Position numbers and translations under genes: made by a program | Shown: piece by piece, positions 38,812-50,331 of the stretch | Position numbering within the stretch: position 1 is the stretch's first letter | Layout of the letters: each line of letters starts with the position of its first letter | Assembly: GCA_040289515.1 (NCBI GenBank) | Contig: PSLI01000002.1 | Location: 1-64,000 of the forward strand | Direction of reading: 5' to 3' | DNA from: Candidatus Sysuimicrobiota bacterium | Lineage (GTDB): Bacteria > Sysuimicrobiota > Sysuimicrobiia > Sysuimicrobiales > Sysuimicrobiaceae | DNA length: 64,000 nt | Notes under the pieces: model-generated | Database searches by the model: none | The model's input: the letters and a program-made list of their open reading frames with translations, nothing else | What the model was told of the DNA's origin: nothing

Positions 38812-41800
38812 GTGGGGTTCGTGCCAGCATCATCCCGGGTGAACTTCCCGGAGCTGGAAGAGCGCATCCTGAAGTTCTGGGCTGACCAGGAGGTCTTCCG
38901 GAAGACCCTGGAGGCTCGTCAGGGCGGCCCGCAGTTCACCTTCTACGAGGGACCGCCCACCGCCAACGGCCTGCCGGGGGTGCACCACGTCCTGGCCCGC
39001 GCTTACAAGGACGCCATCCCCCGCTACCGCACCATGCGGGGCTACTTCGTCCCTCGCAAGGCCGGCTGGGACACACACGGCCTGCCTGTGGAGATCGAGG
39101 TGGAGAAGGAGCTGGGCATCAACAGCAAGCGGGAGATCGAGGCCTACGGGGTAGCGGAGTTCAACCGCCGGTGCAAGGAGTCGGTGTTCCGGTACGAGCG
39201 GGAGTGGGTGCGCCTCAGCGAGCGCATCGGGTTCTGGCTGGACTATGAGCACCCGTACGTCACGTACTCCGACGAGTACATCGAGTCGGTGTGGTGGATC
39301 CTCCGGCAGCTGTGGGACCGCGGGCTGCTGTACCAGGGTTACAAGGTGGTCCCCTACTGCCCCCGGTGCGGGACCCCCCTCAGCAGCCACGAGGTAGCCC
39401 TGGGGTACCGGGAGACGGAGGACCCCTCGGTGTTCGTACGCATGCGCCTGCGGGACGATCCGGCCACGTCCCTCCTGGTGTGGACCACCACCCCGTGGAC
39501 CCTGCCCGCCAACGTGGCGTGCGCGGTGCACCCGCAGGTGACCTACCGGAAGGTTCGGCAAGACGACGAGGTGCTGGTGGTGGCGCGGGACCTCGCAGAG
39601 GTGGCCCTGCAGGGCTCTTACGAGATCCTGGAGGAGGTGCGTGGGGAGGCCCTGGCGGGCCTGGCCTACGAGCCCCCTTTCCGTTTCTACCCGGAACAGG
39701 AACGGCTGTGGCGGGTGTGGCCGGCGGAGTTCGTCACCACCGAGGAGGGGACCGGGGTGGTCCACGTGGCCCCCGCGTACGGCGAGGAGGACCTGGAGCT
39801 GGCCCGGCGGCACGACCTGCCTGTCCTCCACCCCGTGGGACCAGACGGACGCTACACGGACGAGGTCCCGCCGTGGGCGGGCAAGTTCGTGAAGGAGGCG
39901 GACAGGGAGATCGTGGCGGACCTGCGGGCCAGGGGCCTGCTGTACCGGGCCGGTACGGTCCGGCACACGTACCCCTTCTGCTGGCGGTGCGACAGCCCCC
40001 TCCTCTACTACGCCCGCACGAGCTGGCACGTGGCCGTCCGTCGCCACAAGGACCGTCTGCTACGGGCCAACGAGGAGATCCGCTGGATCCCCGAGCACAT
40101 CCAGCGGGGCCGGTTCGGGAACTGGCTGGAAAACGTAGTGGACTGGGCCCTGTCCCGGGAGCGGTACTGGGGCACCCCCCTGCCCGTGTGGGTGTGCGAG
40201 GCCTGCGGGCACGCCCACTGCGTGGGCAGCCTGGCGGAGCTGCGGCAGATGGCCATGTACCTCCCGGAGCCCCTGGAGCTGCACCGCCCGTACGTGGACG
40301 AGGTCCGCCTGCGCTGCCCGCGCTGCGGGGGGACCATGCGCAGGGTTCCGGACGTCATCGACGTGTGGTTTGACTCCGGGGCCATGCCCGTGGCCCAGTG
40401 GCACTACCCCTTCGAGAACCGCGAGTGGTTCGAGCGGTCCTTCCCCGCGGACTACATCTGTGAAGGGATCGACCAGACCCGGGGCTGGTTCTACAGCCTG
40501 CACGCCATCTCCGTGCTGTTGTTTGACCGGCCCGCGTACCGGAACTGCGTGTGTTTGGAGCTGGTGTTGGACGAGCACGGGGAAAAGATGAGCAAGAGCC
40601 GGGGCAATGTGCTGGACCCGTGGAGCTTGATCCAGCGGTTCGGGGCGGACGCCCTGCGGTGGTTCTTCTTCTCCGTGAGCCCGCCGGGCATCCCCAAGCG
40701 GCTGGGCCCCGCCGCGGTGGAGGAGGTGGTGCGCCGCTTCTTCCTGACCCTGTGGAACACGTACGTGTTCTTCACCACGTACGCAAGCCTGGACGGCTTC
40801 GACCCCCTGCGGTGGCCGGCTCCCCCTGTGGACCAGCGGCCCGCCCTGGATCGCTGGTTGTGCTCCCGGTTGAGCGGTCTGGTGGCGGAGGCCACGGAGC
40901 ACATGGAGGCCTACAACCCCACGGACGCGGCCCGGGCCGTGGAGCGGTTTGTGGAGGACCTGTCCACCTGGTACGTGCGGCGAGGCCGCCGCCGCTACTG
41001 GAAGGCCCGGGATCCCCACGACCAGCGCAGCGCCTACCACACCCTGTACGAGGCCCTGGTGGCGACCGCGAAGCTGATGGCACCCCTGGCGCCCTTCCTG
41101 TCCGAGGAGCTGTACCAGAGCCTGGTGCGGGCCGGGGACCCGCAAGCCCCCGTAAGCGTGCACCTCACGGAGTGGCCGCAGGCCCGGCCGCAGGATCGCG
41201 ACCCCGATCTGGAGCAAGCCATGGAGGAGGCGCGGTGGGTGGTGAGCCTGGGCCGAGCGGCGCGGTCCCGGGCCGGCGTTCGCGTGCGGCAGCCGCTTCC
41301 CGCGGCGGTGGTGGTGGCCCCGCAGTCCCTGCTGCACCGATACCCGGAGCTGGTGGCCCACGTGGCTGACGAGCTGAACTGCAAGCGGGTGGATCTGGCA
41401 AGTCAGGAGAGCGACCTGGTGGAGTACGAGGTGAGGCCGAAGTTCGAGCGTTTGGGCCCGCGCTACGGGCCGAAGGTACAGGCCCTGGCCGCAGCCCTGC
41501 GCAACCTGTCCCCACAGACCGCGCGCCGAGTGGCGGCGGAGGGACGGGCCGTGGTGGAGGTCGCTGGAGAGCAGGTGGAGCTGGGGCCCGATGATCTGGA
41601 TGTGCGGATGCGGGAGCGGGAGGGGTTCGTGGCGGAGGCCGGGCGGGGGTTCGTAGTGGTGCTGGACACCCACCTGTCGCCGGAGCTCCGGCAGGAAGGG
41701 CTGGTGCGGGAACTGGTGCACCACGTGCAGCAGCTGCGGCGCCAGGCCAAGTTACGGGTGGACCAGCGGGTGCACCTGCACCTGTGGGGTCCGGCGGAGG

Positions 41801-41949
41801 TCGTCCAGGCGGTGCAGGAGCACCGGGACGCCATCGCGGAGGAGGTCCTGGCGGACCGGGTGGAGTTGGGGCAGGAAGCGGATGGCTTCCGCATGGAGGT
41901 GTCCGTACTGGGCCACCCCGTGAAGCTTGTGCTGCAACCCCTCCCCTGA
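38812..41949 (+). CDS. ileS: Isoleucyl-tRNA synthetase, type 2
   Basis: 1045 aa; YEGPPTANG, GWDTHGLP, WTTTPWT, SRERYWG, EGIDQTRGWF, KMSKS; type-2 C-terminus without the IleRS1 zinc finger. Confidence 0.97.
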   Translation: MGFVPASSRVNFPELEERILKFWADQEVFRKTLEARQGGPQFTFYEGPPTANGLPGVHHVLARAYKDAIPRYRTMRGYFVPRKAGWDTHGLPVEIEVEKELGINSKREIEAYGVAEFNRRCKESVFRYEREWVRLSERIGFWLDYEHPYVTYSDEYIESVWWILRQLWDRGLLYQGYKVVPYCPRCGTPLSSHEVALGYRETEDPSVFVRMRLRDDPATSLLVWTTTPWTLPANVACAVHPQVTYRKVRQDDEVLVVARDLAEVALQGSYEILEEVRGEALAGLAYEPPFRFYPEQERLWRVWPAEFVTTEEGTGVVHVAPAYGEEDLELARRHDLPVLHPVGPDGRYTDEVPPWAGKFVKEADREIVADLRARGLLYRAGTVRHTYPFCWRCDSPLLYYARTSWHVAVRRHKDRLLRANEEIRWIPEHIQRGRFGNWLENVVDWALSRERYWGTPLPVWVCEACGHAHCVGSLAELRQMAMYLPEPLELHRPYVDEVRLRCPRCGGTMRRVPDVIDVWFDSGAMPVAQWHYPFENREWFERSFPADYICEGIDQTRGWFYSLHAISVLLFDRPAYRNCVCLELVLDEHGEKMSKSRGNVLDPWSLIQRFGADALRWFFFSVSPPGIPKRLGPAAVEEVVRRFFLTLWNTYVFFTTYASLDGFDPLRWPAPPVDQRPALDRWLCSRLSGLVAEATEHMEAYNPTDAARAVERFVEDLSTWYVRRGRRRYWKARDPHDQRSAYHTLYEALVATAKLMAPLAPFLSEELYQSLVRAGDPQAPVSVHLTEWPQARPQDRDPDLEQAMEEARWVVSLGRAARSRAGVRVRQPLPAAVVVAPQSLLHRYPELVAHVADELNCKRVDLASQESDLVEYEVRPKFERLGPRYGPKVQALAAALRNLSPQTARRVAAEGRAVVEVAGEQVELGPDDLDVRMREREGFVAEAGRGFVVVLDTHLSPELRQEGLVRELVHHVQQLRRQAKLRVDQRVHLHLWGPAEVVQAVQEHRDAIAEEVLADRVELGQEADGFRMEVSVLGHPVKLVLQPLP

Positions 41950-41964
41950 AAACGCCCGCGATGG

Positions 41965-41995
41965 CGCGAGCCCCTGGGGCGGCTTGCGGGTTTGT
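41965..41995 (+). terminator. Possible terminator after ileS
   Basis: CGCGAGCC/GGCTTGCG stem followed by GGTTTGT. Confidence 0.4.
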
Positions 41996-42063
41996 GCTAA
42001 GATGAAGCGCCAGGGTGTGCGGAGCTGCGGCCCGCGCGCGCCCAGCGCTGTTTGGAGGGATCG

Positions 42064-42792
42064 ATGGCACGTACGGTGGGGGTCCTTGGCGGCATGGGAC
42101 CCAGAGCGACCGTGGACTTCTTGCAGAAGCTCATTGAGCGTACGCCCGCGCGCCGGGACCAGGACCACCTTCGGGTGGTCGTGGACAACAACCCGCAGAT
42201 CCCCGACCGCTCCCAGCACATCCTCGCCGGCGGCGAGGACCCCACCCCGGCCCTGGTGGCCACCGCGCAGAACCTGGAGCGGGCGGGGGCGGACTTCCTG
42301 GTCATCCCCTGCAACACCGCGCACCACTTCCTGGATCGCATCCGGGCCGCGGTGCGCATCCCGGTCCTGGATATCACGGAGGCGGTGGCTGACCGGGCCG
42401 CGGCCTTCTCGGCCGTGGGGCTACTGGCCACGCGCGCCACGGTGGTGGCAAGTCTGTACCAGAAGGCCCTGGCAAAGCACGGCTGCCGGGTGCTGGTACC
42501 GTCCCCCAGGCGCCAGGAGCAAGTGGACCGGGCCATCTACGCGGTGAAGGCAGGCGACCTGGGCCCTCGGGTGCGGGCCTGGGTGCGGGAGGCAGCGGAG
42601 GAGCTTATAAGCGGGGGCGCCCAGGCCCTGGTGCTGGGCTGCACGGAGATCCCCCTGGTGGTGGATCCGGAGGAGTGGGGCGTGCCCGTGCTGGACTCCA
42701 CCGCCTTGCTGGCGGAGGCGGCGGTCCGGGAGGCTCTGCAGGTAGGACACAGGCCGGGAATGGGGGCGGTGGCGGTAGCGTCGGGCGACTGA
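42064..42792 (+). CDS. Aspartate/glutamate racemase family protein
   Basis: GGMGP, PCNTAH, LGCTE two-cysteine motifs. Confidence 0.92.
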   Translation: MARTVGVLGGMGPRATVDFLQKLIERTPARRDQDHLRVVVDNNPQIPDRSQHILAGGEDPTPALVATAQNLERAGADFLVIPCNTAHHFLDRIRAAVRIPVLDITEAVADRAAAFSAVGLLATRATVVASLYQKALAKHGCRVLVPSPRRQEQVDRAIYAVKAGDLGPRVRAWVREAAEELISGGAQALVLGCTEIPLVVDPEEWGVPVLDSTALLAEAAVREALQVGHRPGMGAVAVASGD

Positions 42793-42872
42793 GCGGAGTT
42801 TCCGCAAGCACGGACCGGGGGCTCTGGAAAACGACCGCACCGGAGGTCCCGAGCCACGAGCTGGGGGCGAGG

Positions 42873-43595
42873 ATGACAAAGAAGAAGGCGTCCGGGGCCA
42901 AGAAGGCCGAACGCAAACGGGTTAGGGAGGCCACCGCGGCGAGGTCCGCGCGCAAGCAGAAATCCAGCGGGAAGCCGGCTGCCCGGAAAGTCGCCAGCGC
43001 TTCCCAGCCCGAGGCCCAGGTCAAGCGGACCGGCACGGCCCACAGCCTCGGTCCGGCCACCCCCGCAAGCCGCATGGCCACAGCGACGGCAGGATCGGTG
43101 CTGCTGAGGCCGCCGCGGGTAGACCTCCCCTCCCCGACACCGGGGCGCCCGAGCCCACGGCCTGCTGCGTGGGCGGCACTTCCGGACCGGCAGGTACAGC
43201 CCGTGACGCCCGCGGAGTACCCAGAGTTCCGACGCCTGCTGCTGGCCGAGCGCGAGCGGCTGCTGCAGGAGCTTGCCAGCATGGGGGAGCGGCTGCAGCA
43301 GGTGGAGGAGATCGGGCTGGTAGAGGCCGCGAACGAGGACGACTATGGGGACGTGGCCTCGGAGGCGTTCGAGCGGGAGAAGGGCTTCGCCCTGGAGAAC
43401 TCCGTGCAGGGCATGCTGCGCATGGTGGAGGACGCCCTGCGGAAGCTGGATGCGGGCACGTACGGCACCTGCGAGCGTTGCGGGGAGCCCATCGACGTGG
43501 AGCGGCTGCGGGCGTTGCCCTTCGCCAACCTATGCATCCGGTGCAAGGCGGAGCAGGAGCGGGAGCTCGGAGGCGGGAACGGCTGGCCCGGCTGA
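42873..43595 (+). CDS. DksA/TraR C4 zinc-finger protein with basic N-terminal tail
   Basis: Coiled coil with DYGDVA tip; YGTCERC...RLRALP...CIRC. Confidence 0.88.
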   Translation: MTKKKASGAKKAERKRVREATAARSARKQKSSGKPAARKVASASQPEAQVKRTGTAHSLGPATPASRMATATAGSVLLRPPRVDLPSPTPGRPSPRPAAWAALPDRQVQPVTPAEYPEFRRLLLAERERLLQELASMGERLQQVEEIGLVEAANEDDYGDVASEAFEREKGFALENSVQGMLRMVEDALRKLDAGTYGTCERCGEPIDVERLRALPFANLCIRCKAEQERELGGGNGWPG

Positions 43596-43603
43596 CCGCG
43601 GCG

Positions 43604-44056
43604 GTGCGCCCGGATCTGTGGGGGGCCGCCCTGCTGGCGGCCACGGCGGATCAGCTTTCCAAGGCCGCGGTCCTCAGCCATCTGGACTTCGGAACCTCGG
43701 TGTGGGTGCTGCCCCCGGTTCTGCGCATCACCCTCTGGCGCAACACGGGGATCGCCTTCGGACTGTTGTCGGGTGCCAACGAGCTCGTGAGCCTGCTGGC
43801 GCTGCTGGCGGCGGTGTGGCTGGTTGTGCACCACCGGGACCGCTGGGGCGCGTCGGCTTTGGTGCGGGTGGGCGTGGGGATGGTGCTGGGAGGTGCTGCG
43901 GGCAACCTCCTGGACCGCCTGCGCTACGGGTACGTGGTGGACTTCCTGGAGCTGCCGTACTGGCCTATCTTCAACGTGGCGGACGTGTGCATCGTGGTGG
44001 GAGGGGTTCTTCTGGTCCTGGGTGGTTTTAAGGCCAGCCGGCCTCCTCACCTGTGA
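43604..44056 (+). CDS. lspA: Lipoprotein signal peptidase
   Basis: DQLSK, NTGIAF, GNLLDR, VVDFL, FNVAD. Confidence 0.95.
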   Translation: MRPDLWGAALLAATADQLSKAAVLSHLDFGTSVWVLPPVLRITLWRNTGIAFGLLSGANELVSLLALLAAVWLVVHHRDRWGASALVRVGVGMVLGGAAGNLLDRLRYGYVVDFLELPYWPIFNVADVCIVVGGVLLVLGGFKASRPPHL

Positions 44057-44798
44057 TCGGACTTTAGGGCGGTGCAGGAGGCGACCGTGGACCCCACCCT
44101 GCTGCGGACGGGAGGCCTGCGGATCTCCGCGTACGGCCTGTTCTTGCTGGCGGGCCTGGCCCTGGGCTTGTACCGCTTCGTCCGCACCTGCCACCGGGCT
44201 GGGCTGGGCCGGGCGGAAGCGCTGGACCTGGGCCTGAACCTGGCGCTCGTGGCCCTGCTGGGGGCCCGGGCGGGCTACGTCCTGGCGCACGCGGGGGCGT
44301 ACGTCCAGGACCCGGTGCGGGCGCTGTGGGTGTGGCAGGATCGGGGACTCGCCTTCTACGGAGGGGTGGCGGCCTGCGTGCTGTGCTGTCGTTTGCTGCG
44401 GTCAGACCGGTGGGTGCAGATACTGGACGTCCTGGCAGCACCCGCAGCCCTCGGCTACACAGTGGGGGCCCTGGGAACCCTGTGGGTGTTCGTGGGCCGG
44501 CCCACGGATCTCCCGTGGGCCGTGGAGGTGGCGGGCACGCTGCGCCACCCGGTAGGGGCCTACCTCGCGCTGGCATCGCTGGCGGCGTACCGGTTGCTGG
44601 AAGGGCGCACGGGCGCAGCTGGCTCTGGGCAGGCACTGCTGGCCTACCTGGTGCTGCAGGGAACCGCACGGTTCGCCGCGGAGGCCTTCGTGGATCCCGT
44701 GACCACCTCCGCGGTGGCGGGCCCGCTTACCCTGGGCCAGCTGTCTGCCGCGGTGGTGGCCGCAGCTGGCGCCGTGGGACTGTGGTGGGGGAGACGAG

Positions 44799-47991
<3,193 letters not shown>

Positions 47992-48038
47992 CCGGGGCTT
48001 ATCATACTAGTGCCGGCCGCGTCCGGAGGGGGCAAGCG

Positions 48039-48926
48039 GTGCGCAGCATGACGGGCTACGGAGCCGCGCAGGCAGACGGCGAGAGCGGGCGGTGGTGGGT
48101 GGAGGTGCGCAGCACCAACCACCGCTTCCTGGAGGTGGCGGTACGCCTGCCCCGGGAGCTGGCTGCCCTGGAGGATCGCGTGCGTGCTGCGGTCGCACAG
48201 CGGGTGCGGCGAGGCCGCGTGGAAGTCCTGGTAAGGGAAGACGCCTCGCAGAGGGCCCGGGAGGCAGTGGTCGATACACAGCTGGCCCGGCATTACGCGC
48301 AGGCGCTGGAGCAGCTGCGGCAGGAGCTGGGGCTGGAAGAGCCCCTGACCCTGCAGGCCCTGCTGAGCCTGCCCGAGGTGGTGCGGCTGGAGGAGGCCCG
48401 GGCCGATCCCGAGGCCGCGTGGGAGGCCCTGCGGCCCGTGCTGGAGCGGGCGCTGGAGGAGTTGGTGCGGATGCGCTCCGCAGAGGGGGGCCGCTTGGCG
48501 AAGGACCTACAGGAGCGGGTGGTACGCCTGGAGGGCTGGGTGGAACACGTGGCGCGGAGGGCGGAGGAGCTGCCGCGGCAGTACGCGGACCGGCTGCGGC
48601 GGCGGGTAGCGGAGCTTCTCCAGGCCCTGGACGGGGAGGCATCCGTGGACGAGGCGCGGCTGGCCATGGAGGTGGCGGCGTTCGCGGACCGGTGCGACGT
48701 GAGAGAAGAGCTGGTGAGGCTACGCAGCCACCTGCAGCAGGTGCGGGACCTGGTGGGTGCCCCGGACGGGGCGGTGGGGCGCAAGCTGGAGTTCCTGCTG
48801 CAGGAGATGCAGCGGGAGGTGAACACCGTGGGAGCCAAGGCCCCGGACCTGGAGGTGGCCCGCGCGGTGGTGGAGATGAAGTCGGAGCTGGAGGCGATTC
48901 GGGAGCAGGTGCAGAACGTGGAGTAA
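48039..48926 (+). CDS. yloC: YicC/YloC family endoribonuclease
   Basis: [40 protein letters not shown]. Confidence 0.95.
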   Translation: MRSMTGYGAAQADGESGRWWVEVRSTNHRFLEVAVRLPRELAALEDRVRAAVAQRVRRGRVEVLVREDASQRAREAVVDTQLARHYAQALEQLRQELGLEEPLTLQALLSLPEVVRLEEARADPEAAWEALRPVLERALEELVRMRSAEGGRLAKDLQERVVRLEGWVEHVARRAEELPRQYADRLRRRVAELLQALDGEASVDEARLAMEVAAFADRCDVREELVRLRSHLQQVRDLVGAPDGAVGRKLEFLLQEMQREVNTVGAKAPDLEVARAVVEMKSELEAIREQVQNVE

Positions 48927-48930
48927 GGGT

Positions 48931-49200
48931 GTGGAGCCCAGGCTGATCAACATCGGGTTCGGAAACGTGGTGGCCGCGCACCGCATCGTGGCCATCGTGA
49001 GCCCCGACAGCGCGCCCATCAAGCGCATCATCCAGGAGGCGCGGGAGAACGGGTCGCTCATCGATGCCACGTACGGGCGGCGCACGCGGGCGGTGGTGAT
49101 CACGGACAGCGGCCACGTGGTCCTCTCCGCGGTTCAACCGGAGACCGTGGCGCACCGCTTCCTGTCCCGGGAGCCGGCGGAGGAGGCGGAGGAGGCGTAG
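48931..49200 (+). CDS. remA: RemA/DUF370 family regulator
   Basis: [26 protein letters not shown]. Confidence 0.93.
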   Translation: MEPRLINIGFGNVVAAHRIVAIVSPDSAPIKRIIQEARENGSLIDATYGRRTRAVVITDSGHVVLSAVQPETVAHRFLSREPAEEAEEA

Positions 49201-49217
49201 CGGTCCCGGAGGCGCGG

Positions 49218-49748
49218 GTGATCGTCACCGTCAGCGGGCTCATCGCCAGCGGCAAGACCACCCAGGCGCGCGCTCTCGCCGCCCGGCTGGGGTTGCGCTA
49301 CCTATCCGCGGGGGAGGTCATGCGTCGGTGGGCGCAGGAGCGGGGGATGAACCTGCTGCGCTTCTCCGAGATGGCCGAGCAGGACCACGCCATCGACCGG
49401 GAGCTGGACCGCCTGCAGGTGGAGATGGCCCGGGAGGGCAACGCGGTGGTGGATTCCCGCCTGGGGGGATGGTTTGTGCCCGCCACCATGAAGGTGTGGT
49501 TGCGCGCCCCCTTGGAGGTGCGGGCCTACAGGGTGGCCCAGCGGGAGGGCGTGCAGTTCCAGGTGGCGCTGGAGGAGCTGCAGCGGCGGGAGGCCAGCGA
49601 GCGCCAGCGGTACCGCGCCATCTACGGGATCGACCTGGACGACCTGTCCCCCTACCACGTGGTGGTGGACACCCACCGGTGGCAGCGGGACGAGGTGACC
49701 CAGGCGCTGGCGGAGCTGGCACGGGCCCTGATGGAGCGGCGGGGGTGA
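49218..49748 (+). CDS. cmk: Cytidylate kinase, archaeal type
   Basis: TVSGLIASGKTT, SAG, IDRELD, DSRL, APLEVRA, RY..IYGID...Y..VVDT; 176 aa. Confidence 0.8.
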   Translation: MIVTVSGLIASGKTTQARALAARLGLRYLSAGEVMRRWAQERGMNLLRFSEMAEQDHAIDRELDRLQVEMAREGNAVVDSRLGGWFVPATMKVWLRAPLEVRAYRVAQREGVQFQVALEELQRREASERQRYRAIYGIDLDDLSPYHVVVDTHRWQRDEVTQALAELARALMERRG

Positions 49749-50299
49749 GGGGCCGCACGGTGGTGGTAGGGGTGTGCGGGGGGGTGGCCGCTTTTAAGGC
49801 CGCCTCCCTCGTGAGCGCTCTGGCGAAGGAGGGCGCATCGGTTTGGGTGGTGCTCACCCGCTCGGGCCGGCGGTTCGTGGGCGAGGCCACCTTCCGTGCC
49901 CTTTCCCAAAACCCCGTCCTGGTGGACCTGTGGGACCCCCGCGGCCCGGACCCGGAGCCTCACGTGGCCCTGGGAGAGCGGGCAGACCTGGTGGTGGTGG
50001 CCCCTGCCACGGCCCACACCCTGGCCAAGCTGGCCGTGGGATTGGCGGACGACCCCGTGTGTGCCGTGGTGCTGGCCACCCGGGCCCCCGTGCTGCTGGC
50101 TCCCGCCATGGCGGAGCTCATGTGGCTGCACCCCGCCACCCGCCGCAACGTCGAGGTTCTGCGGGAGATGGGCTACCGGTTGGTGGGGCCCAATTACGGC
50201 CGCCTGGCCTCCGGACGCGAGGGTTGGGGCAGGATGGCGGAACCCCAGGAGATTCTGCAGGCGGCCCGAGCCCTGCTGCAGCTAGCACCCCACGGGTAG
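49745..50299 (+). CDS. coaC: Stand-alone phosphopantothenoylcysteine decarboxylase (CoaC/HFCD domain only)
   Basis: GGVAAFKA, HVAL, APATA, PAM, GRMAEP; stops after 184 aa. Confidence 0.85.
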   Translation: MRGRTVVVGVCGGVAAFKAASLVSALAKEGASVWVVLTRSGRRFVGEATFRALSQNPVLVDLWDPRGPDPEPHVALGERADLVVVAPATAHTLAKLAVGLADDPVCAVVLATRAPVLLAPAMAELMWLHPATRRNVEVLREMGYRLVGPNYGRLASGREGWGRMAEPQEILQAARALLQLAPHG

Positions 50300-50331
50300 G
50301 CGTCTGCCGGAGTTTCGGGGCAGGGGTGGCC

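Noticed and set aside
38438..38833. N-terminal extension of the 754-aa minus-strand ORF
   Set aside because: Runs antisense through the T-box leader; the signal peptide implies a start at 38437
42793..42872. GC-rich intergenic segment upstream of the dksA-like gene
   Set aside because: Only short hairpins; no recognisable RNA motif
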